Below, one piece after another: positions 56,987 through 64,000 of a stretch of DNA of 64,000 bases. Source of the DNA: an uncultured Oscillospiraceae bacterium (GTDB lineage Bacteria; Bacillota; Clostridia; Oscillospirales; Ruminococcaceae). Numbering within the stretch: position 1 is the first letter of the stretch; every line of letters starts with the position of its first letter. Below the pieces are notes generated by a model. That model was given only the letters and a program-made list of their open reading frames with translations. It was not told the DNA's origin and made no database searches. The position numbers and the translations under genes are program-made. The stretch covers positions 2,995 to 66,994 of the forward strand of contig CAYJKW010000004.1 in NCBI GenBank assembly GCA_964370765.1, given 5' to 3'.

Positions 56987-58639
56987 CTATTGCTCTATTA
57001 AATCTTCATCATAAAATCTTAAAGAGTTGCATAGCTGTGAAAAAATCTCACCCATTTCTTCACCAAGAGAGTCGCTACCCTCTTGCATAATGGCAATAGT
57101 GTATTTGGGGTCATCTGCCGGATAATACCCCACAAACCAAGCAACTGTTTCATCCACCTTTTCTTCTGGATTTTCCGGTGTAAAATCAAGTAGCTCGTGT
57201 GGAATATATCTTCCTGTTTGGGCAGTACCGGATTTTCCTGCGGCTGTACCAACAACCGGTTGCGCTTCGTCCGCAGTTCCCACAGTTACAACCGCCTCAA
57301 GCATTGTGCCTACCTGTTGGGCTGTATATGGTGATATTACCTGTCGTATTACCGGCGAATAGAAGCTTTCATCTACCCTGTCGGTAAGCTGATTGTAAAC
57401 CCCCTCGACAATTGTCGGCGATATATATACACCATCATTTGCAAAAATATTTAGCGCAGCTGTCATCTGTATTGGGCTTGCCATAACAAGTCCTTGACCA
57501 AAACTAAAACTTGCACGTTCACCAAAATCTTCAAGTTGTTCTATGGTCGGCATCACTCCAGCCTCACTAACCACGAAGTCATCTGATGTTACCACACTTC
57601 CAAGCCCCACCATCTTTCCAATCTCATATAGTATTTGTGGAGATAGGGTTAACCCCATCTCAATAAAATATCCATTACATGACTCAGCTATCGCCGTTTC
57701 TAAATCAACCTGCCCATGTGCGCGTCCGCCATAGCAGCTGTAGCTATGTCCGTTTACATCTATACTTCCATCGCATTCATATTCTGCAGCTATATTGTGT
57801 TTACCCTCTATCAATACAGCTGCAATGATAGGCTTTATTATTGATCCGATATTATATGCTGTTGCAGTACGATTAATAAATGCGCCATCATTCTCTTCAA
57901 TATTTGTTATTATATCGTTAGGATAAAGCATAGGCGTACTTACAGCTGCTTTTATTCTTCCTGTCTTGCTCTCCATAACCACGATTGCACCTTTTGGAAG
58001 ATATTGCTCAGCTATCCCCTCACCGATGCGTTGTATTGTTTTATCAATTGTTAATATTATCCCCTCCCCTGTGCCATATATATAATCCACCTCCGGTTCG
58101 GTACTCATCATTATCGATCCGAGTGCATCTTTTTCGTATATAATATCTTTGATTACTCCACCCCTTTCAAGCAGGTCGTTATAGGCTTTTTCTATGCCCT
58201 GTGCGCCTGATGCAGTATTGTCGAGATACCCGATTATATTTGGCGCAATCTGTAGATCAAGATATCTACTGCTATCGGTAAATTCAAATGGATTTTCAGA
58301 CAAGAATTCATCAAGCTCTATAAGATAAGGTGTAGTTTGATCATACAACTCATATGCAAGCTGTTTATCCTCATTTGTAAGTCTTCTAAAATACTCGCTA
58401 TAGGCATCCTCACCGGTTACTGCTAATGCATATATCTTTGACGTTGTGGAGGTTAGCGGCTCTAAGTTGCAGTCGAAAATATCCCCCCTACCAGCAGATA
58501 GGCTTAAAACAGCCTCTGACTGCTCAGTGGCAAGTTTTCGTAGTTCAACATTAGATGAAAGCAAGAAAACCGATACCAACAACACAAAAAATCCGGACAT
58601 TAATAATATTACTACTGTTATTAACCTACCCTCATTCAT
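56987..58639 (-). CDS. Class B penicillin-binding protein (SpoVD/FtsI-like transpeptidase)
   Basis: N-terminal TM anchor, SxxK (GSIIKP), SxN (ESCNGYF) and KSGT (GKSGTAQ). The ATG forms an ATGA overlap with the sigG stop. Confidence 0.9.
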   Translation of the reverse strand: MNEGRLITVVILLMSGFFVLLVSVFLLSSNVELRKLATEQSEAVLSLSAGRGDIFDCNLEPLTSTTSKIYALAVTGEDAYSEYFRRLTNEDKQLAYELYDQTTPYLIELDEFLSENPFEFTDSSRYLDLQIAPNIIGYLDNTASGAQGIEKAYNDLLERGGVIKDIIYEKDALGSIMMSTEPEVDYIYGTGEGIILTIDKTIQRIGEGIAEQYLPKGAIVVMESKTGRIKAAVSTPMLYPNDIITNIEENDGAFINRTATAYNIGSIIKPIIAAVLIEGKHNIAAEYECDGSIDVNGHSYSCYGGRAHGQVDLETAIAESCNGYFIEMGLTLSPQILYEIGKMVGLGSVVTSDDFVVSEAGVMPTIEQLEDFGERASFSFGQGLVMASPIQMTAALNIFANDGVYISPTIVEGVYNQLTDRVDESFYSPVIRQVISPYTAQQVGTMLEAVVTVGTADEAQPVVGTAAGKSGTAQTGRYIPHELLDFTPENPEEKVDETVAWFVGYYPADDPKYTIAIMQEGSDSLGEEMGEIFSQLCNSLRFYDEDLIEQ

Positions 58640-59406
58640 AGCTGTCCCTTTATACTATCTATCGTATTTTTTTCTATTCTGCTAACCTGTGCTTGGGAAA
58701 TTCCTATCTCTCTCGATACCTCTATCTGTGTTTTACCAGACAAAAAGCGCAATGCCATTATCTTTTTCTCACGATCCTCAAGGTTCTTTAATGCATCCTT
58801 AAAAGCAATGGATGAAATCCAGCTATCCTCGCTTGAACTGTCTTTAATCTGATCCATAACAAATAATGCATCGTTGTCCGTACCTGCAATAGGTTCATAC
58901 AGCGAAACCGGCTCTACCATCGCTTCAAGTGCGCGTTGAACAGGTAGCTCGCCCACCCCCATTTCGTTTGCTATTTCGGTGTTAGTGGGCTCATGATTTA
59001 GTGTTCGGGTCAAGCGTTCCTTAGTAATTAACGCTTTATAGGCAATATCCTTAACAGATCTTGATACTCGTATAGTGTTATTGTCTCTTAAGTGTCTTTT
59101 TATCTCACCCATTATCATCGGTACAGCATAGGTAGAAAACCTAACGTTGTGTGCACAGTTAAAGTTGTCTATAGCTTTTATAAGTCCAATGCATCCTATC
59201 TGAAAAAGGTCATCTGCCTGTTCTTTGCTGTTATGGAATCGTTGTATTATGCTCAATACAAGCTTTAAATTCCCCTGTATAAGCTCATCCCTTGCAGTCA
59301 TATCGCCATTCTGATATCGCTTTAGTAGTTCAATCTTTTCTTTTTCTTTAAGCACCTTTAGCTCTGATGTGTTAATGCCGCTGACCTTCACTCTATGAAA
59401 ACGCAT
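58636..59406 (-). CDS. sigG: Sporulation sigma factor SigG (SigF/G clade)
   Basis: ...VKVSGINTSELKVLK..., GNLKLVLSIIQRF, FSTYAVPMIMGEIKRHLRDNNTIRVSRSVKD and ISQAQVSRIEK. The start is the ATG at 59406, preceded by GGGGG. Confidence 0.85.
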   Translation of the reverse strand: MRFHRVKVSGINTSELKVLKEKEKIELLKRYQNGDMTARDELIQGNLKLVLSIIQRFHNSKEQADDLFQIGCIGLIKAIDNFNCAHNVRFSTYAVPMIMGEIKRHLRDNNTIRVSRSVKDIAYKALITKERLTRTLNHEPTNTEIANEMGVGELPVQRALEAMVEPVSLYEPIAGTDNDALFVMDQIKDSSSEDSWISSIAFKDALKNLEDREKKIMALRFLSGKTQIEVSREIGISQAQVSRIEKNTIDSIKGQL

Positions 59407-59486
59407 ATGCACCCCCGGTTAAGTTGTGTTAAGTACAGTCAGCCTTTTATAGTATAACCGGATTAGCATTTTTTAAAACACAATAT

Positions 59487-59534
59487 AAAAAAACAACGAA
59501 ACATCCAAACCCAATCGGTCTAAATATTTCGTTG
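59487..59534 (-). terminator. Terminator after the cNMP/DUF2225 gene, upstream of sigG
   Basis: On the minus strand CAACGAAAUAU...AUGUUUCGUUG is followed by U7. The loop is large. Confidence 0.55.
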
Positions 59535-59561
59535 CTTTTGATAATTTTAGCTTAGTAGCTA

Positions 59562-60746
59562 TTACTCGCCATACTTGATATCATCGAAGCGCTTTCTACA
59601 CCTATCCTTATAAACACGGTTGCTACTTTCGCTTTTAAACCCTGCGGATAAGAAATTTAACGCTTGCGCCTTATCGCCTACCCTAATATTAAGCTCGGCT
59701 AGTAGCATAAAGAACTGCTGCTCCTCCTCCGGTGTTTCATATAGCCTTGTTGAATTATAGATATGATTATAACATTCCAATGCCTTTTTGCTGGCATACT
59801 CGCTCATTACTGCATCCCCTACATCCTCATACAACCATACAAGGTTAAGCCAAATATTTGCCTTTATTGCAATATTATCTGCTAATAAGTCACAGCAGAA
59901 CAGTGCGGCATAGTAGGCAACAAAAACATCATCAATGCTACGCTCTTTTTTATAGATATATTGGATGTTTCCGGCTCCTGCATCAGCTAACCTGTTAGCA
60001 ATATTTTTTGCCTCATATCCACCGGTATCTGAAAAGCGCTTTTCGGTATTTGAATATTTGCACTTGGGACAAGAGACTACAGCGTACCACATCGGATCAA
60101 AATCCTGATATAAAACTCTTAAATCCATGTTTGTTTTAACGGTGCGCAGAAGTGACATTAACACCTTTTTTTCACTAAACTTGGTACTACATACCGGGCA
60201 GTTATAGTCAGTAGCATAAAGAAATTTTGCATCGTTAACTATCTTTATACTGTCTTTATAAAGCGAGTGTTGCGAAGGTATTCCAAAGGCTGATTTAGCA
60301 CAATCAAGCCTTTGCTGTAGATCTTGATCCTCGCCCTCGCTAATATTATTAGCTTGTTGTACTGGCGGCAAGGTGATCTCATCGATTCCCTTTTCCTCAG
60401 CTTCCTGCAGTTTTTCCACAACACCCAATATATTTTTTATAGCATAAATAGCCTGATCCGGGCAAAGTTTTACATAATCATTAAGCTTATCACTGCTTAC
60501 CTTTATGTAGCTTGTATCTTTAGCAGTTATTGCTGAGTTGCTATAACATCCACCACGCAAAACCTCCTCAAGCCCAATTGTTGAGGGCGCGCTAACAACC
60601 TCGCTAGTATCACTAAGTAATATGCTTCCACTGACAATAGCATACAATGCATCTGCCTGATCACCTTTATTAAATATGAGCTGCTTAGCAGGAACTTTTA
60701 CTATTTTGTGCTTGACTGCCAGTGCCAAAAATTCATTATTTTTCAT
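59562..60746 (-). CDS. Cyclic-nucleotide-binding-like domain fused to a DUF2225-type zinc-ribbon/TPR-like domain
   Basis: N-terminal CAP-effector-like pattern (IFNKGDQADALYAIVSGSILL), then CPVC...CPKC and a helical C-terminal region. Confidence 0.65.
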   Translation of the reverse strand: MKNNEFLALAVKHKIVKVPAKQLIFNKGDQADALYAIVSGSILLSDTSEVVSAPSTIGLEEVLRGGCYSNSAITAKDTSYIKVSSDKLNDYVKLCPDQAIYAIKNILGVVEKLQEAEEKGIDEITLPPVQQANNISEGEDQDLQQRLDCAKSAFGIPSQHSLYKDSIKIVNDAKFLYATDYNCPVCSTKFSEKKVLMSLLRTVKTNMDLRVLYQDFDPMWYAVVSCPKCKYSNTEKRFSDTGGYEAKNIANRLADAGAGNIQYIYKKERSIDDVFVAYYAALFCCDLLADNIAIKANIWLNLVWLYEDVGDAVMSEYASKKALECYNHIYNSTRLYETPEEEQQFFMLLAELNIRVGDKAQALNFLSAGFKSESSNRVYKDRCRKRFDDIKYGE

Positions 60747-60844
60747 AAAGTTATCTCCTAATTAGGTTTTTTATTATTTTCTATTGTATTTGCAATAAAA
60801 ATTTGGTATGCTATAAACATAAGGATAATGTCGGAGCGATAATT

Positions 60845-61768
60845 ATGTCTGGAATGGAAATAAAACAAAATATATTACTTGAAAGCGGCACAAATGAGAT
60901 AGAGTTAATGGAATTTACTATCGGCAAAAATGTGTTTGGAATTAATGTAGCAAAGGTGACCGAGATCATGATGGCTGCTCCTGTAAAGGTAATGCCACAT
61001 TCCCACCCTGCCATTGAGGGAGTATATAAACCACGTGAGCTTGTACTTACAGTGCTAAACCTTCCAGAGTATCTAGGCCTTGCAGATCACGGTGTAACTA
61101 ACGAACGAGATCTGTTTATTGTTACAAATTTTAATAAGCTACACATTGCGTTTAGGGTCAATGAAGTTGTCGGTATTGACAGAGTCTCTTGGGGGTCAAT
61201 TCAAAAACCTGATAAAACAATCTATGGTCAAGACGATGGTGTTGCTACCGGACTTGTTGAGTTTGAAGGAAGGCTAATTACAATATTAGACTTTGAGAAG
61301 ATTGTTGCAGATATCGCTCCAAACACATCAATTCAGGTTTCGGATATCGACACTCTTGGTACAAGAGAGTTAAATGAGTTACCACTTGTAGTAGCCGAAG
61401 ACTCTATACTACTATCCAAGATGATTTCTGATTCACTTAACAAGGCAGGATTTAGAAATATCACTAAATTTGATAACGGAAAAAGTTGTTGGGATTACCT
61501 TGAGGGTCTTTCTGGTGAAGAAAATATTAACGAGCTTGTTGCCTGTGTTATCACCGATATCGAGATGCCAGCAATGGATGGTCATCGCCTAACAAAAAGT
61601 ATAAAAACTCATCCAACATTAAATAAATTGCCGGTAATAATATTCTCCTCACTAATTACCGAGGAGATGTACAGAAAAGGTCTTGAGATCGGAGCTGATG
61701 AGCAGCTATCAAAACCAGAGATTGCAGGACTTGTAAATGCAATTGATAAGGTAATCAACAAAAATTAG
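60845..61768 (+). CDS. cheV: Chemotaxis coupling protein CheV (CheW domain + receiver)
   Basis: The CheW-like N-terminal half (NEIELMEFTIGKNVFGINVAKV) is followed by a receiver with VVAEDS, ITDIEMPAMDG and SKP. Confidence 0.9.
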   Translation: MSGMEIKQNILLESGTNEIELMEFTIGKNVFGINVAKVTEIMMAAPVKVMPHSHPAIEGVYKPRELVLTVLNLPEYLGLADHGVTNERDLFIVTNFNKLHIAFRVNEVVGIDRVSWGSIQKPDKTIYGQDDGVATGLVEFEGRLITILDFEKIVADIAPNTSIQVSDIDTLGTRELNELPLVVAEDSILLSKMISDSLNKAGFRNITKFDNGKSCWDYLEGLSGEENINELVACVITDIEMPAMDGHRLTKSIKTHPTLNKLPVIIFSSLITEEMYRKGLEIGADEQLSKPEIAGLVNAIDKVINKN

Positions 61769-61783
61769 TTTACAAAATCCGAG

Positions 61784-61836
61784 TAGCTACGTTGTTAAGG
61801 GTAACAGTGGCGACTCGGATTTTTTGTTCGAAAATT
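61784..61836. terminator. Bidirectional terminator between cheV and the DivIVA-like gene
   Basis: 11-bp perfect outer stem aaaatccgagt / actcggatttt with a structured loop, followed by a T-run. Confidence 0.65.
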
Positions 61837-61852
61837 ATATCTATTTTATATT

Positions 61853-62932
61853 TTAGTAGTGCCTTTTGTGTGGGGTAACAATATATTTGGTACCTTTTTG
61901 ACGTCGAATCTTGCTATAGTTCACCGGTGTTGGACGTACAACTTTTGGCGACGAATATTGAGGCACTGCATCGGCACGTCTATGATGATATACCGAATTA
62001 GATTCTGACCCCTGTATATGCATATGCTGATCATCCATATCTACTGATAGGGTAACACCACCGTTAACATCGCTTATATACGAAGCTGACTGTGGCTGTT
62101 GCCAACCAACAGGTGTTGTAGGGCGCTCCATGGGCTGCCAGTAGGTTGGATTTTGATCTACTGTCGGTTGTGGTATCTGTGCCGAAATCCAGCCACCATT
62201 TGTTTGGTAGTCTTGCTGCACAGGGGCATTATTTGTGTTGCTGTAGTAGCCTGAACTTTGAGCTGTCTCGTCCGGCCTACTCCCTGCATTTAATGCAAAT
62301 TCAACTGTTTCAGTAACTGATTTAAGCTGCTTTTCTAGGGAAACTATTGTATCTTTAATGGAGCTTAGCTCCGGCATATTTAGGGTAGGTTCAGGCTTGG
62401 GCGATTGTTTGACTGCCTCGGTCATTATCTTTGAGGCAGCTCTTTGTGCGGTAACAATAATATCATCAGCACATTTCGAGGATTCTTTCGCATCGGAAAG
62501 CCTGTTTTCTAATGTTGTTATTTGTTTTTTAAGTGTTGCAATTTCTGATAACGAAAGATTATGTTCCTGCTCACGTGAAAATAGTTTTGCTTTAAATTCC
62601 TCTACAAGCCTTGTTTGTTCGGCTAAATCCATCTGAAGCTGATCAATCTCGCGTGAGTTTTGAATATGATCTCCCCGCTTTTCTTCCAGTTGATCAACAA
62701 GTAATCTTGTCTTATCAAGTAAAGCTTCATTTTCATCCTGCAGCTCTGTAAGCTTCGCTTCCATATCTGAGATCGTATTATTTAACTGTTTATTTCGTAC
62801 TGCATTGTTGCTCATCATCTGATCAATAAACGCAAGTACTTCATCACGAGCAAAACCAAAAAGGGTCGTTCTAAAACCCTTTTCGGTATTAAGCAGATCT
62901 AAGCTATTATCTGTTTGTGCAAAAACTTCCAC
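61853..62932 (-). CDS. DivIVA-domain coiled-coil protein with Gln/Pro-rich C-terminal tail
   Basis: N-terminal FRTTLFGFARDEVLAFIDQM (DivIVA motif), a long heptad-rich segment, then a QQP/W-rich tail. Confidence 0.7.
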   Translation of the reverse strand: MEVFAQTDNSLDLLNTEKGFRTTLFGFARDEVLAFIDQMMSNNAVRNKQLNNTISDMEAKLTELQDENEALLDKTRLLVDQLEEKRGDHIQNSREIDQLQMDLAEQTRLVEEFKAKLFSREQEHNLSLSEIATLKKQITTLENRLSDAKESSKCADDIIVTAQRAASKIMTEAVKQSPKPEPTLNMPELSSIKDTIVSLEKQLKSVTETVEFALNAGSRPDETAQSSGYYSNTNNAPVQQDYQTNGGWISAQIPQPTVDQNPTYWQPMERPTTPVGWQQPQSASYISDVNGGVTLSVDMDDQHMHIQGSESNSVYHHRRADAVPQYSSPKVVRPTPVNYSKIRRQKGTKYIVTPHKRHY

Positions 62933-62998
62933 TTATACTCCTGACACTCTCTATAATCTATAGTATATCATACCAACAAATAAAAAACAATAATAAAT

Positions 62999-63757
62999 TC
63001 AATTCATAATCAACAATTTTATTGCATCAATCGCTACTTTTATTGCTGATTCGGTATTATGGACCTCATGGTCAATTAATCCTGCATTATGGCGTTCTTG
63101 ATTCCATACACAGCAAAAAACCGATGCTGCTCGCAACCCCAATGTAGCTGCCACAGTGTATAGTGTCGAGGACTCCATCTCAGAAGCCAAACAGCCTGCT
63201 GCTATCCAAGCTTTCCATTTTGCTTTTAGGTCATCTGATATTGGCATCCTGTCGGGTGAGTGTTGGCCATAAAAGCTGTCCTTACTCTGCACAACCCCAA
63301 CATGATATGGTAGCGACATCGCTTTAGCGGCATCTCTAAGGGCACAGGTTAGCTCAAAATTAGATACAGCAGGATATTCTATCGGAAGATACTCCCGGGA
63401 TGTTCCATCCATCCTTATTGATGCATTACCAATTATTATATCCCCTGGTATTACCGATTGCTGCATGCCGCCACAGGTTCCCACCCGAATAAAATTCTCG
63501 ACTCCAAGCATTGCTAGCTCCTCAATAGCAATTGCAGCAGATGGCCCGCCTATACCGGTGGAGGTAACAATAATATTCTGCCCACACAAGCTACCAATAT
63601 AGCTATTATATTCTCTTTTATGTGTGAGCTGCCTCGGATTTTCGAGAAATGCCGCAATCTTCTCTACCCTATCCGGGTCGCCCGGAACTATGGCATATTT
63701 TGCATCTAAAATGTCAGCTTTGCAAAGATTAATATGATACATTCTATCGGTATTCAT
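62999..63757 (-). CDS. udp: Uridine phosphorylase
   Basis: Close by-eye match to E. coli Udp: AIVPGDPDRVEKIAAF, STGIGGPS, EMES. The start is the ATG at 63757 with an AGGAGG RBS. Confidence 0.9.
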   Translation of the reverse strand: MNTDRMYHINLCKADILDAKYAIVPGDPDRVEKIAAFLENPRQLTHKREYNSYIGSLCGQNIIVTSTGIGGPSAAIAIEELAMLGVENFIRVGTCGGMQQSVIPGDIIIGNASIRMDGTSREYLPIEYPAVSNFELTCALRDAAKAMSLPYHVGVVQSKDSFYGQHSPDRMPISDDLKAKWKAWIAAGCLASEMESSTLYTVAATLGLRAASVFCCVWNQERHNAGLIDHEVHNTESAIKVAIDAIKLLIMN

Positions 63758-63770
63758 TATTGTTCCTCCT

Positions 63771-63801
63771 AAAAAAGCGACAGACATAGCCCGTCGCTTT
63801 T
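63771..63801 (-). terminator. Intrinsic terminator between the upstream partial gene and udp
   Basis: The minus strand reads AAAAGCGAC-loop-GUCGCUUUUUU, directly before the udp RBS. Confidence 0.55.
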
Positions 63802-63816
63802 AATTATTTGGTTTTT

Positions 63817-64000
63817 TTATCTTTTATTTAAAAGATTAATTATCTCTTCGAAATAGTCGTTGTTTTCTTTCTCTTCATTCCTTTTACGGAGCTCTGACTC
63901 TACCTGGTCTTGAACTGCCGGTTCAGTCTGAGACTCTACCGGAGCTTCGACTTCAACCTCCTCGGTTGCCGGTGTATTGGTAAATTCAAGCGGAATATCA
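63817..64000 (-). CDS. 3' end of an unidentified gene encoding an acidic tail (5' end outside the window)
   Basis: The minus-strand frame is open from the window edge (DIPLEFTNTPATEEVEVEAPVESQTEPAVQ...YFEEIINLLNKR stop). No family recognised. Confidence 0.45.
   Translation of the reverse strand, partial: DIPLEFTNTPATEEVEVEAPVESQTEPAVQDQVESELRKRNEEKENNDYFEEIINLLNKR

Noticed and set aside
59413-59486. Sigma-F/sigma-G-type promoter upstream of sigG.
   Set aside because: Some loosely matching elements are present (GCTAA ... TATACTA). I could not place -35/-10 elements with convincing spacing, so no feature is reported.
1-64000. Looked across the whole window for CRISPR repeats, tRNA/rRNA genes, transposases, phage genes, toxin-antitoxin pairs and classic defence genes.
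   Set aside because: I saw no periodic direct repeats, no cloverleaf-like or rRNA-like conserved stretches in the few long intergenic regions, and no translated ORF resembling these classes. This is absence by eye only, not a computed scan.

Overview
This window looks like a chromosomal segment of a low-GC, endospore-forming Firmicute, probably Clostridia. Supporting markers are a split transketolase, yqfC/yqfD, sigG, a Spo0A-type DNA-binding domain and an iscS-iscU-mnmA operon. I support about 60 protein-coding genes. I saw no rRNA, tRNA, CRISPR array, transposase or prophage. Most genes are housekeeping: the groL 3' end, holA, comEC, alaS, ligA-gatCAB, split tkt, mutS2, recO-era-dgkA-ybeY-phoH, yqfC/yqfD, iscS/iscU/mnmA, nnr, sigG, a class B PBP and udp. 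Three accessory-looking stretches stand out. (1) At 30.1-38.1 kb there is a second, diverged tRNA-dependent amidation module. In it a bacterial-type AspRS is fused in frame to a complete GatC domain. gatA2, gatB2 and a membrane GGDEF cyclase follow with no intervening terminator. A promoter plus attenuator leader with a degenerate T-box-like motif precedes the module, and a divergent asparaginase-family gene flanks it. This hard-wired transamidosome is my top candidate for something new. (2) At 9.3-16.3 kb there is a Spo0A-like regulator with a degenerate (NN for DD) receiver. It is followed by a DUF4364-like gene translationally coupled to a CASTOR/POLLUX-type channel. The same stretch holds an HxxxD acyltransferase / zinc-ribbon membrane protein / serine hydrolase cluster. 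(3) At 26.3-30.0 kb there is a LysR regulator, a CofE-like ligase, a Cys-rich DUF2284-like protein and a SAM methyltransferase. All calls come from reading the translations and the DNA by eye. No database search was run, so family names for the less conserved proteins are provisional.
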